The notes under the pieces were generated by a model. It was not told where the DNA came from. It did no database searches and was given only the letters and a program-made list of their open reading frames with translations. The position numbers and the translations under genes are program-made. This document shows, piece by piece, positions 12,991-26,243 of a stretch of 64,000 bases of DNA. This DNA is from Felis catus (Eukaryota). Every line of letters begins with the position of its first letter. Positions within the stretch are counted from its first letter, which is position 1. The stretch spans positions 8,372,001-8,436,000 of the forward strand of contig NC_058369.1 in the NCBI RefSeq assembly GCF_018350175.1. The letters are read 5' to 3'.

Positions 12991-15821
12991 GTAAGGCTGG
13001 CTCCAGGCGCCCGCGTGCGGTGAGATGACCCCCAGAACTTGGGGAGCCCCTTGGTAATTTGCGGGAAGGATGCGAAAAATGCCCCCATCCTTTACGACTT
13101 GTGGGAAAATGGCACGAAGTCCTTCCCAAACGGCTGGAGGGAGCGCTGAGGGTTGCGAGGGTTTGGGGATGTGGGGGAGTCAGGAGAAGCGGGGTGAGGT
13201 TTTCCCCACAAGTCTCTGCCAGAAGGGGGGACCCCCTTATCTTCCCTCAGACCGGGACACGGGGCTCTCCAGCCCTAGGGACGCAGGGACACCCCCCCCC
13301 CCCCCCCGAGCTGCTCTAGGGAGAGGACTAGCAGAAGCCCGAGGTCCCTGCGGGCGCTCCGCCCGCGGACAAGTACCCACGCGCCCCAGGCAGCTTCGTA
13401 TTGCGCTAGGGAGGCTCCGGACCGCGGAGCCGGACGCTGCGATTCCTCGCGGGCGCTACACGCGCGCTTCTGCCGGTGGCCACCGCCTCCAGCCCCGCCT
13501 CCGGCTTCGAGGGCCAGTCCCCAAGCTCCCATTGGGCGCGATTGGAACAGGCGAGCCTCGAGCCACTCCCCTCGGCCAATGGGAGTCGGCGGATGCGGAG
13601 GGGCGCGCGGGCCGGGGCGGGGCTCGAGGTGCGGCTTGGGACGCGCGAAGCACCTGGTTCCGTGAGGCGACCGAAGGAGTTCCCTCGCGTCCGTCCAGCG
13701 CTCCTGTCACAAAGGCGACGCGTCCCGGGCCCCCGGAGTCGCCTCCGTGAGCACGGGCAAGGTGCCTACCGCGCTCCTGGGCCGCCTTCGCGCAGCCCAA
13801 GGTTTCCTTCGAGATCTGGCCCGAGCCCATTTCGTCCCCGCGGCCGCCGTTGCTGCCCCGGGTCGAGTTGACATCCGTGTCCCCAGGCCACCCCTCAGGG
13901 CCTACCTCCTTCCCTGGTGGAACCGTTGCCTCAGAAATGCCCGCCCCTCTTCGGTCGGAAGCGGAGACCTTCCACCCGGGCGGGGATCGGGAGGCGCCGA
14001 CATCGGACGGATCCCTCAGGGTGGCCCTGTTGGTTTCGAAGCTCTGAAGGGGGGTTCGACGGCTTTTTTCCTCTTCGGGGGTTTCAGGGGGGTTGAGATT
14101 TAGTGAAGAGACTAGTTGGTGCCTGCTCCTGACTTACCCGGTGGCTTTAAATGAACTGCGGGAGGCATCTGACCTCGCCCTGGATATTAGATAAATGATC
14201 TTTTTCCTACTTAGAACCGGCGCAGCCCATAAAAGAATCGGGGCTGCCTAGTAATGGGATTGCCGGAAACTTTTTCACGGATGGGGCGGTGGCTTTGCGT
14301 GGGGCGCTTTGAACTCTTGGAATTCCTGCCCGTGACGCATCAGTTTTGGCTGAGAGGCGAGGAAGGGAGTTGATGCCATACAGCTGAGGATTATTGAGAT
14401 AACTCTGCCACCCAGTTGTGTGAAGAGGAGGGAGTGTGGCTTGTCAAGAGGCACTTGGTTTGACCTGTGTTTCAAACGCTGATGGGCTTCATCCCGAGGA
14501 GGAAATGATGGCAGTGATGTCTTGAGCAAGATGGGTTGCTGACTTTAGTTTCCTCTCTCACCGAGTGGCTGAGGATCTGATGTAATCTGTGTTCGCCAGG
14601 AGGCTCTGAGACCTGAGGGGTTCCCCAGACTCCTGGGAGCCAGCAGCTACTCTGCTGTTAACCTGATGATGTATATTTGTGGCAGCGCCAGCTTGCTCCT
14701 TAGCGGTCTTTAAAGCATTTTGGGGAGGTGGCAGGGGATGGAATTTCTTGTCCCGTTTCCTTGGAAATGGAAGTCCTTGGAATCCGAGCTGCATGTGTTC
14801 ACTTAGCCGGGTCAAAATCCGTTATCTGCGGAGTATCAAGTATGCCCAGGGCACACCCCAATTCAGAAAAAATAGAGCATCCTGCGAAGAGTTGTCTCTG
14901 CCTTCGCAACATGCCCCCCGGGGGGATTCAGTGGTCATTGCTGGGCATACTTTTCTTCTTGGACAACACTGGCAAAAAGACAGATTTTTTTGAGACTGCA
15001 AAGCTTCAAGGGGAACTACCTGGCTCACTGTGTCTTTCCAGGATATTTCTGCTCTTATCTGTAGGGTTCCTTCCCCGATAAGATCCAATTCTAGATACCT
15101 TTGTTGCTCAGTGCTTTGATGGCCCTCACATCCCACGTTAAGTACATTAATAGAGTCCACACTTTACCCGGCTGTCAAGCAAGTGACATTTGTTGCTAAG
15201 ACACTGTGGAACTTACCAGCAATGAGCAACCACAGAAACAGGCTACCCCACCCCGAAGGAGCTGACTGCAAAATCTTCCATCGAGATCACCCCTGAGGAA
15301 AATGCCTTGAGATCACCTAGTTTGGAAAAGAGCCCTTGGTAAATTGATTTCTTGTTCATTTTCAGCTGAGTCCGTTAGCTCTGGCCATTTTTTTTTTTCC
15401 ACGGAAATGGTTCTGTCTATAATTTTGATGGCCCTCAACAACAGCTATCTTCAGTAGCATGGGAAAGAAAACATCGAAAGCATTTTACCACCTCATTTGT
15501 GTGCTGGTGAAAAAGCAGAAATGTGTATTCTCCTTTTCCGTTTCGATAACCTTGTTCCTGGCTTGTCACTCGTGACAGGAGAGATTTAAAGGCTATTTAG
15601 AGATTTGAGCGTGGGGGTCAGGGGCCGGCAGGGGTACTGGTGGGTGTGGTTCTTGTGCAACCCTAGCAGAGAGGAGTTCAGGGGTGGGGTGCTCCAGGTT
15701 GCTTTTACTGAAATTAGATGAAACTGACCAGGAAAACCAAGCCTTGACTGGGCAACAGGGAGGAAGCAAGAAAACCCTGTGGTTTCTTTGGGTGACGGCG
15801 CTTTAAATTGGACTGGTTCTG

Positions 15822-16038
15822 GAGCGCCTGTGTGTGGCTCAGTCGGTTAAGCGGCTGACTTCGGCTCGGGTCAAGAGCTCGAGGTCCATGGGTTTGAGCC
15901 CCGTGCCGGGCTCTTGTGCTGGCAGCTCGGGACCTGGAGCCTGCTTTGGATTCTGGGTCTCCCTGTCTCTCTGCCCCTCCTCCCTTGCTCTCTCTTGCTC
16001 TCTCTCAAAAAAAAAAAAAAAAAAAAAAAAAATCAACA
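15822..16038 (+). mobile_element. CAN-SINE in LDLR intron 1 with 20-bp TSD
   Basis: TSD TTTAAATTGGACTGGTTCTG at 15802-15821 and 16039-16058. Confidence 0.88.
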
Positions 16039-16684
16039 TTTAAATTGGACTGGTTCTGACCCTTTGCCAGGATGGTGTTTTCTGCTGTGGGGACACCCAT
16101 CTGATGGGGTGTCCCTCGGTGCTCACTGTTCCTGATCCCTGTCCCCACCAGCAATGCTATTACTACTATTTCCAGTCTTTCCTGTAGCACGTTCTGTGGG
16201 TAAAATAGAGCTTTGTGCAAAGGTTGGCAGGCCAGAGCAGGGGATTAGTGGTAATGGAAGTTGTGAGCCCCTAGGGGAGGAGGGGATGACAGAAGCTTCT
16301 CCTCCCACCATCCTTACTGTGAGTGCCCCTGGCCTGAACTTCCTTTTTAATTTTTTCTGAGTCCTGGAATTCCAATTACTCTCTTACCCGCCCTGTGTGC
16401 CAGCAGCCAGAAGTGAGTCATATCCCGTTGTGGGTACAATTACGATTCGGCTATGAGTCAGTGCAGTGTGGGGCGTACTGTAGAGGCAGGTCTGAGAGAC
16501 TCCTCCTGTGCAGGTCACTCTTTGGACTTCTAAGAGCTTCTTCTATTTCTCTATTGGTATCCCCTCTATTCTCCTTTCAACCCCCCCCCTCAATTTTCTC
16601 CTAGTATCATCTGACTTGTTTCCTAACCTCTGGCAGAAGCACTGGACTTGAACTTTGAAGACCCAGAGTTTGTTGGCTTTTTAC

Positions 16685-18043
16685 TTATTTATTTATTATT
16701 AAAAAAAAAATTTTTTTTTTAAAATTTTTGAGAGAGAGCGGGAACAGGGAAGGGGCAGAGAGAGAGGGAGACACAGAATCCAAAGCAGGCTCCAGGCTCT
16801 GAGCTGTCAGCACAGAACCTGACGTGGGGCTCGAACCCATGAACCGTGAGATCATATTCTGAGCCGAAGTCAGACGCTTAACTGACTGAGCCTCCCAGGT
16901 GCCCCCCAAATTTTATTTATTTATTTGTTTTTAAGTTTATTTATTTTGAGGGGGCAGGGAGAGAAAGAGAGGGTGAGTGAGTATGAGTGGGGGAGAGGGA
17001 GAGAAAGAATCCCAAGCAGGCTCCACACTGTCAGCACGGAGCCTGACGCAGGGCTCGAACCCACGAGCCGTGAGATCATGACCTGAGCCAAAATCAAGAG
17101 TTGGATGCTTAACTGACTGAGCCAGCCAGGTGCCCCGGAAGGTAGTTTTTTAAAACTGGGTCCCAAAGTCCCTAGCCCCCAGAGCCCTCAGGCCAGGTTC
17201 AAGATTGGGTTCAAACCTAGCTGAAATATTCAAGGGGGCCTGGAGGTCTCTGGGCTTATCTACTCCCATTGGAATGACCAAAGACAACAAAAGGCACTTG
17301 GGAAGGTTAGAGAATTAAGTAACTAGCACTAAAGTCAGGCGTATGCAGCGACTGGCATTGCAGTTATTTCACTTAATTATTTTTTCTTACCTCTTAAAAA
17401 ATCTCAAAAATAAAGCATTCCTTGAAGAAAAATGACTCTGAAGTGAATTGGCCACTATTCCCTATGCAGAAGCACAGATAAGAGTCTGTTTCTCAAAAAA
17501 AAAAGGACCATACTGAACTATTACAAACTATTCTGAACCTTGTTTCCCCCCCCCCCCCCCCAGTTAACAAAAAACAGGCTCCTGGTGGCTCAGTATGTCA
17601 AGTGTCCAACTTCAGCTCAGTTCATGATATCGCAGTTCATGAGATCGATCCCTTCGTCAGACTGTCTGCTGTCAGCATACAGCCTGCTTCAGATCCTCTG
17701 TTTCCCTCTCTCTCTCTGTCCCTCCCCCACTTGCACATGTTCTCTCTCTTTTTTTCTCTTCTAGGGGCACTGGGCTGGTTCAGTCGATGGAGCCTGTGCG
17801 GTCTTGGGATTGTGGGTTCCAGCCCCACCATGTTGGGTGTAGAAATGGCTTAAAAATGAAATCTTACAGGGGTACCTGGGTCGTTCAGTCAGTTGAGTGT
17901 CTTGACTCTTCATCTCAGCTCAGGTCTTGATCTCAGGGTTATGAGTTCAAGCCCCACATTGGGCTCTGTGCTGACAGCTCAGAGCCTGGATCCTGCCTTG
18001 GATTCTGTGTCTCCCTCTTTCTCTGCACCCTCCCCCCCTTACA

Positions 18044-18075
<32 letters not shown>

Positions 18076-19700
18076 AAAAGTAAATAAGTACTAAAAAAAA
18101 AAAAAAAAGATAAAACAGATGTTCCAATCAGATATGATGGAAAGTCAGGCAAAATAAATACAAATAAGTTATCAAGAACACTATTTGAATTGTGGTTTCA
18201 TGTGCCCAACTGTTAATGATTAACCCAGCCTTGGGGTGCCTGGCTGGCTCAGTCCATGGAGCACTTAACTCTTGATCTCGGGGTTGTGGGTTCAAGCCCC
18301 ATGTTGGGTGTAGAGATTAGTTAAAAATCTTTAAACAACCAAAAAACTGTACAATATGACTTGAAATTTTTATTTTTTTTTTTAACGTTTATTTGTTTTT
18401 GAGACAGAGAGAGACAGAGCATGAACGGGGGAGGGTCAGAGAGAGGGAGACACAGAATCCGAAACAGGCTCCAGGCTCCGAGCTGTCAGCACAGAGCCTG
18501 ATGCGGGGCTCGAACTCACGGACTGCGAGATCGTGACCTGAGCCGAAGTCGGCCGCTCAACCAACTGAGCCACCCAGACGCCCCTGACTTGAGATTTTAA
18601 ATCTAAGTAGGATACCATCATGAATAAGATTTATTTATTTAAAAAAAAATTTAATGTTTATTTAAAGAGACAGAGTGTGAGTTGGGGAGGGGCGGAAAGA
18701 GAGGGAAGCACAGAATCCAGAGCAGGCTCCAGGCTCTGAGCTGTCAGTAGGGGCTCAAAGCTATAAACCGCGAGATCATGACCTGAGCCGAAGTTGGACG
18801 CTTGACTGACTGAGCCTCCCAGGTGCCCCTATTTATGTATGTATGTATGTAGCTAGCTAGCTAGTTAGCTAGCTTGAGAGGGGGATTGAGGGGCAATGGG
18901 AGAGAGAAAAAAAAAAATCCCAAGCAGGCTCCACACTCCCTGTGTAGCCCTGTCCCACAAACCTGGGATCATAACCCGAGCCGAAATCAGGAGTCAGATG
19001 CTCAGCCGACTAAGCCACCCAGGCACCCCAATTATTATTATTATTTTTTAAGTAGGCTTCACCCCTAGCATGGGAGCCTGACTCAGGGCTTCAAACTCAC
19101 AACCCTGAGAGCAAGACCTGAGCTGAGGGGCGCGTGGGTGGCTCCATTGGTTAAGCATCTGACTCTTGGTTTTGGCCCAAGTCATGATCTCACAGTTTGT
19201 GTTTGAGTCCCACTGTGGGCTCTGAGCTAACAGCTCGGAACCTGCTTGAGATTCTTTGTCTCTCTCCCTCCCTCCCTCTCTCTCTCTCTCTCTGTCCGTC
19301 CCCCGCTTGTGTGTGAGCACACAACTGCTCTCGCTCTCTCTCAAAATAGAGACAGAGAAAGAGAAAGAAAGAAAAGAAAAAAGACAAAGACCTGAGCTGA
19401 GATTAAGAGTCTTGATAGTTTGAAAACCTGTTAGTGACATAAATTTGGATCCTTACTCTCAAAGGAATGTGAAGATTTAAAGTTACAAGTAGACCAAGGA
19501 AACTGGTAGTTACCCCACCTCTATCTATATTGAAGTAGATTAAAAGACATTCTAGGGGCACCTGGGTGGCTCAGTTGGTTGGCTCAGGTCATGATCTCCT
19601 GGTTCATGAATCAAGCCTGGCATCGGGCTCTGTGCTGACAGTGCGGAGCCTGCTTGGGATTCTCTGTCTGCTCCCCCCACCCAAAAAAATAAATAAACTA
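16685..19700. mobile_element. CAN-SINE cluster in LDLR intron 1 (both orientations)
   Basis: Numerous adjacent SINE copies; compound (TATG)n(TAGC)n microsatellite at about 18835-18873. Confidence 0.85.
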
Positions 19701-20101
19701 ATGCTTTCTCAGAATTTTATCTCTTTTTATTTCCTCCCTACCTACTAGAGAAGGCCCCTCATTTTTCCTTCAGCTTGATGATTTAATAGTGTCAATTTTC
19801 TTCATTACTGTTTCCAGCACAGGTTTGTAATATGCTTTATTCATGTGCAAGGGAGGATTTTTTCCCCTACCTTAATGGACCCATACCATTATGTCAAGTT
19901 TTACACATTGTTGGCAGGCCACTAGGTCTATTCTTTGCATCCTCCACTCTACTTTCGGTTTATGACACTTGTTGTGTGTGTTCTGTTTCCTGGGAAGGAT
20001 CGGATTCATTCTTCAGCTGGCAGGAAATAGACACACACAGGTGACGTCGTCAGTTTCTGGTTCTGGCACTGAATGGTCCTTTCTCTTCCCTTCTGTCTCA
20101 G

Positions 20102-20224
20102 TGGCGGACAAATGTGGGAGAAACGAGTTCCAGTGCCAAGATGGAAAATGCATCTCCTACAAGTGGGTTTGTGACGGGAGCGCCGAGTGCCTGGATGCCT
20201 CAGATGAGTCCCAGGAGACCTGCA
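20102..20224 (+). CDS. LDLR: LDL receptor exon 2 (LA1)
   Basis: ctcag|...|gtgagt; 123 nt; [40 protein letters not shown]. Confidence 0.97.
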
Positions 20225-20647
20225 GTGAGTCCCCTTTGCGAGTAACACGCTTCCTGCCCTTTTTGATGACAGTGGGTGACAGCTGAGGTGGAAATCAGTC
20301 CGCAGATTGATGTGTTCGACCATGAATTGGGACTTGGGAGAAGAGTTATTTCTGGAACTTAACTTTAACAACTTAAAAAAAAAAAAAAAGTGAAATTTAC
20401 ATAAGATAAAATTAACCATTTTAAAGTGACTAGTTCAGTTGTATTGATACAGTCACAATGCTATACAACCACCACCTCTGTCTCCTTCCAAACCTTTCCA
20501 TCACTTCACGTCTGATTTTTTTAACAAGTTCTGTCAGATACCCTTCATTTTGACCCAGAAAGGTGGGCGTGGCACCCTCCTTTTGAAAACTGTTTTTCCT
20601 CTGCAAAGCGGGGGCTGGTGAGGCAGACCGGGCTTCCCTTAGAGTGA

Positions 20648-21046
<399 letters not shown>

Positions 21047-22336
21047 TGACCACCACCAGCCACGCTGGGAGGCTGAGTGCACAGTAGGTCCCGCCTGGCC
21101 GAGACCTGATCACCCAGCTAACCATTGACGAGAAGAAAAAAAGCTTCACCAAGTTGAGGGTTCTGCCAAGAAACAAGGGGGGAGCGCACTTTGGAGAGCT
21201 GGGTGCCTGTCCTGACTCTTCCATGTTAGTTGGTTAGTTTTTAAACTATCATTTTGGGGCGACTGGGGGGCTCAGTCGGTCAAGTGTCCGACTTCAGCTC
21301 AGGTCATGATCTCACAGTCCGTGAGTTTGAGTCCCGAGTCAAGCTCTGCACTGACAGCTCAGAACCTGGAGGCTGCTTCACATTCTGTGTCTCCCTCTCT
21401 CTCTGCCCTTCCTGTTTGCCCTCTGTCTCTCTCTCAAAAGTAAAAGCATTAAAAAAATTAAAAAAAAAAAAAAACTGTATTGTTTCTTGTTTTAGATGTA
21501 TTTATTTTGAGAGAGAGAGAGAACAAGCAGGGGAGGAGCAGAGAGAGAGGAAGAGAGACAGAATCCCAAGCAGGCTCCACACTATTAAGCATGGAACCGG
21601 ATGTGGGGCTCATACTCTTGATCCCCTGAGATCATGACCTGAGCCGAAATCAAGAGTCAGATGCCTAACTGACTGAGCCACCCAGGCACCCCTTTGTTTT
21701 TATTTTTTTAATGGAGCAAGGTTCCATTAAATAACAAAGATAATGTCAGATCTTCAAGTTCAGAAAATGTAAAAATCCAGGATATTAAAAAAAATAAAAA
21801 ACAGCACATGAGTGTTCACATCATTTACTTTCTTTTAAAGATTTTATTTTTAGGGTGCCTGGATGGCTCAGTAGGTCAAGTGTCCGACTTGGACTCAGGT
21901 CATGATCTCACCGTTGGGTTCCTGAGTTTCAGCGCCTCCCCCCCCGCCGCCGGCCTGGGGCTCTGTGCTGACAGCTCAGAGCCTGGAGCCTGCTCTGTGT
22001 CTCCCAGTCTCTCTGCCCCTTCCCCACTCGTGCTCCGTCTCTCTCAAACATTTAAAAAAAAAATTTTTTTTTAATAATCTCTACACCTAGGGTGGGGCTT
22101 GAACTTACAGCCCTGAGATCCAGAGTCACAGGCTCCACCTACTGAGCCAGCCAAGCGTCCCCACATACACTTACTTTAGAAATGCATGTCTAACCCTAGT
22201 CAGTGGCCACCTTGATGGGACTGGGGTGCGGCCCCTCCCGGGGTTCGGTGTCCTCATCTGTGGAATGGGCTGCTACTGAGGAGGAGAGGCTCTGGTGACC
22301 CCGTTGTCTTTTCCCATCCCCCTCCTTCCCCTGCAG

Positions 22337-22723
22337 TGCCCAAGACGTGTGCCCAGGATGAGTTCCGCTGCCAGGACGGGAAGTGCATCTCCCTGGAGTT
22401 CGTCTGTGATTCGGACCGCGACTGCTTAGACGGGTCCGATGAGGCGTCCTGCCCCATGCCCACCTGCAGCCCCGCCCACTTCCAGTGCAACAACTCCGCC
22501 TGCATCCCCGAGCTGTGGGCGTGCGACGGCGACCCGGACTGCAAGGATGGCTCAGATGAGTGGCCGCAGCGCTGCGGGGGCCGCAACATGTCAGCCCCAC
22601 AAGGGGACGACAACCCCTGCTCAGCGCTGGAGTTTCACTGCCACAGTGGCGAGTGCATCCACTCGAGCTGGCGCTGTGACGGCGGCCCTGACTGCAAGGA
22701 CAAGTCTGACGAGGAGAACTGCG
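22337..22723 (+). CDS. LDLR: LDL receptor exon 4 (LA3-LA5)
   Basis: tgcag|...|gtaggg; 387 nt; three class-A repeats [11 protein letters not shown]...[11 protein letters not shown]. Confidence 0.97.
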
Positions 22724-23944
22724 GTAGGGGCGCCATCGGGGGTGGGTCCTCTGACCTGTCCCTGTGCCCCCCCTCCCCTGGTGTGGGACGGGTGGGCCTT
22801 TCGGTGGTTAAACAGTTTCAGATCACACAGCAAGAAAGTCCATCTCGTTTCGTGTTTCTTCCAGTGTTACTGATCACCTGGAGAAGAGAGCATCCCTAAA
22901 AGGAGGCTTTTTTTTTTTAATTTTTTAAGTTTATTTATTCATTTTGCAAGGGGTGGGGGAGGGGCAGAGAGAAAGCAGGCGAGAGAGAATCCCGAGCAGG
23001 CAACAAACACATGGCTTGAACTCACAAACCACGAGGTTGTGACCTAAGCAGAGAGCAAGGGTCAGACGCTTAACCAACTGAGTAGGACCCCCAGGAGACT
23101 CTGTCTGTAACATTTACACAATAAGCTCTTTTTCCTACAAGGGAGCAAGCTGCATGTTGCAGTATTATTGTGGTCCAGAAAGGATTCTGGGCTCCAGGCC
23201 TGGCTGGTGACCCCTAAGCTTTGTGACCCTTGGCCAGGGACCCAACCTCACTGCATTGTGTTCTCCCCCCCAGTAGAATGGGGCAAAGGCCTTGGACTTT
23301 GCAGGTTTCGGTTGGAGTCCAGTGCGTCCCAATAGAACTTTCTGTGGTGGTGGAGACATCCCACGTCTGTGCTGACCAGAGCAGTCCTTGTCTCCCAGTG
23401 GATCTTGTGTGACCAGAGAGTGGAGTTTTTTGTTTTATTTCACTTTAATGAATTGACAGTTAAGTTGCCACACGTGGTGAGCGGCTCCCGTGTCGGAGAC
23501 CGTGCAGATGAAAGGTGTGTGGCCCAGGCCCTGTGTCCGTGCTTCCTTGTCGTAAAACTAGCGATGTAGAGCTCCTGTGAATCTAGACCAGGGTTTCATG
23601 TTCCTGTTTCTTTAGTATCTTTGCCCAGGTGCGCTCTCCCTAGTGGTAATCTCTGGGGAGATGTAATTAGACTTTTAAAAAGTTGCTTGAAAAAAATCTT
23701 AAATTATTTTAAAGTTTATTGATTTATTTTGAGAGAGAGAGAGTGGGAGGGGGGGCAGAATGAGAGGGAAAGAGAGAATCCCAAGCAGGTTCCTCACTGT
23801 CAGCACAGAGTTGGACACAGGGCTCGATCTCACGACCCGTGAAATCGTGACCTGAGCAGAAACCAAGAGTAGGATGCTTAACCGACTGAGCCACCCAGGT
23901 GCCCGTATTTATTTATTTATTTGTTTGTTTACTTAATTATTAAT

Positions 23945-24140
23945 TTACATCCAAGTTAGTTAGCATATAGTGCAATAACGATTTCAGGAGTAGATTCTGG
24001 TGATTGATCCCCTAAGTATAGCACCCAGTGCTCATCCCAACAAGTGTCCTCCTTAATGCCCCTTACCCATTTAGCCCATCCCCCCACGCAAACCCCTCCA
24101 GCATCCCTCAGTTTGTTCTCTGTATTTAAGAGTCTCCTGT
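23945..24140 (-). mobile_element. Carnivore L1 3'-end fragment
   Basis: acatccaagttagttagcatatagtg...tttgttctctgtatttaagagtctc, typical antisense 3' UTR of carnivore L1. Confidence 0.6.
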
Positions 24141-26120
24141 TTATTTTTTTAAAGTAACCTCTGCACCCAACGTAGAGCCCAAATTCATGACCCCAAGATC
24201 AAGAGTCACATGCTGGTCTGACTGAGCCCTCCAGGCACCGCTAAATGGCACGTTCTTATTTATTTTTTATTTACTTATTTTTTGAATGTTTATTTTTGAG
24301 AGAGAGCTGGAGCACAAGTGGGGGAAGGGCAGAGAGAGCGAGCGAGCGAGAGACAGAGAATGAATCCCAAGCAGGCTCCATGCTGACAGCGCAGAGCCCA
24401 ACACAGGACTTGATCTCATGAACTGTGAAATCATGATCTGAGCTGAATGAAATCAGGAGTTGGACGCTTAACGGACTGAACCACCCAGGCTACCCTAAAA
24501 GTCACATTTTAAAATAATGGATGACTTTGTACATGATCTGTACTAAATTTTTTTTTTTTTAACGTTTGTTTATTTGTGAGAGAGACGGCATGTGAGCAGA
24601 GAGGGGGCATGAGATGGAGACCGAGAATCCAAAGCAGGCTCAGTGCTATCGGCACAGAGCCCATTTTAGGCCTTGAACCGTGGACCTTTGAGATCATGAC
24701 CTGAGCTGAAGTTGGATGGTTAACTGACTGAGCCACCCAGGCGCCCCCGTACTAAAACTTAACACAAACTAACTTAATTCTCATAACTTGTGAGCAGGCT
24801 TCCCCCACTCTTTACAGATGGGGAAACTGAGGCCCAGAAAGGCTGAGTAACCAGTGCCTTCGTCCCTTGCAGAAACAAAAAATTTGTCTTTTTCCCCACA
24901 TGTCTTCTAAACTCTGGAGCTGTTTCGCAGTGATGGGCCGTGTTGTACTTGGTGATGCTGATAGCATCGGTCATAATTTGTCCTGCCTCTGTTCCCGATT
25001 GGGAACATGCCATTGCTTTTCTGCTGAGGGTGGCCTGTTGGCTCTTCCAGCATTGTAATAAATTACGTGTCCTTGGGGCGCCTGGCTGGTTCAGTTGGTA
25101 GAGTGTGGGACTCTTGATCTCGGGTTGTGAGTTCGAGCCCCACGTTGGGTGTAGAGATTACTTAAAAATAAAATTGGAAAAAAACAGTTATGTGTTCTGA
25201 AAAAACGAGTATGTGGAAAGAGTGGAGAGGACTCCCAGAAAACTCACTGGTTGCATTAGGGTGCTCCCCACCCCACTTTCCTATTTTCCAAACGTTGCTC
25301 TGTGACTTCGGTAATAATTTTCCGGGATTCTTCTTCATTGAGGAGAACAGTACTTGCTGCCATGAAAGAAGCTTAAAACTACATTGGCAGGGGCACCTGG
25401 GGGGCTCAGTTGGTTAAGCGTCCAACTCTTGATCTTGGCTCAGGTCATGATCTCACAGGTTTGTGCGTTCGAGCCTCGCATCGGGCTCCATGCTGACGGC
25501 ATGGAACCTGCTAGGGATTCTCTCTCTTTTCTCTCTCTCTGGCCCTCCCCTGCTTGCTCGTGCTCTCTTTCTCAAAATAAATAAATGAACTTTAAAAAAA
25601 TTAAATAAACATTTATAAATAAATAAATCTACATTGCCTAAAATTTTGAATATGAAGACTGGTGTTCCTGGGGCGAGAAGCAGGTGAAATGACGAGGCAC
25701 TGTCTCCTGCTCATGGAAGTCGTAGGGTGTGTTTTTTCACCGCTAATGTCTTTCCTGTTACAGGCTGTCTCTGATGCCCAAGGCAGCCAGGAAATTGCTG
25801 TTTTAAAGATGGTAGTTGAGGGGCGCCCGGGGGGGGCTCAGTCAGTTAAGCGACCGACTTCGGCTCAGGTCATGACCTCGCAGTTTGTGAGTTCGAGCCC
25901 CGCATCAGGCTCTGTGCTGACCGCTCAGAGCCTGGAGCCTGCTTTGGATTCTGTGTCTCCCTCTCTCTCTGACCCTCCCCCACTCACACTCTGTCTCTGT
26001 CTGTCTCTCTCTCGAGAATAAACATTAAAAAAAACAATAAGACAAAACAATAAAGGTGGTAGTTTATTTTGTCTTCGGGGTTCCCTTGAGAAAAACCAAC
26101 ACGTGCCCTGTCTTTCCCAG

Positions 26121-26243
26121 CTGTCGCCACGTGCCGACCTGATGAGTTCCAGTGCTCGGATGGGACCTGTATCCATGGCAGCCGGCAGTGTGACCGGGAG
26201 TATGACTGTAAGGACATGAGCGACGAGCTTGGCTGCATCAATG
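26121..26243 (+). CDS. LDLR: LDL receptor exon 5 (LA6)
   Basis: cccag|...|gtgagc; 123 nt; [40 protein letters not shown]. Confidence 0.97.

Larger units (their letters stand above)
12540..14080. promoter_or_regulatory. CpG island over LDLR promoter, exon 1 and the start of intron 1 (approximate limits)
   Basis: Visibly high GC and CpG density relative to flanks; not computed. Confidence 0.8.

Noticed and set aside
12740..12994. ORF overlapping the LDLR start out of frame (ATGs at 12803 and 12812), a possible uORF
   Set aside because: These ATGs lie in the TATA-like region, probably upstream of the main transcription starts. The ORF would only matter if CAGE showed longer 5'UTRs.
13070..14103. 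Several 118-226 aa ORFs in LDLR intron 1
   Set aside because: They reflect stop-codon scarcity in a CpG island and encode low-complexity R/G/P/A sequence with no recognisable domain.
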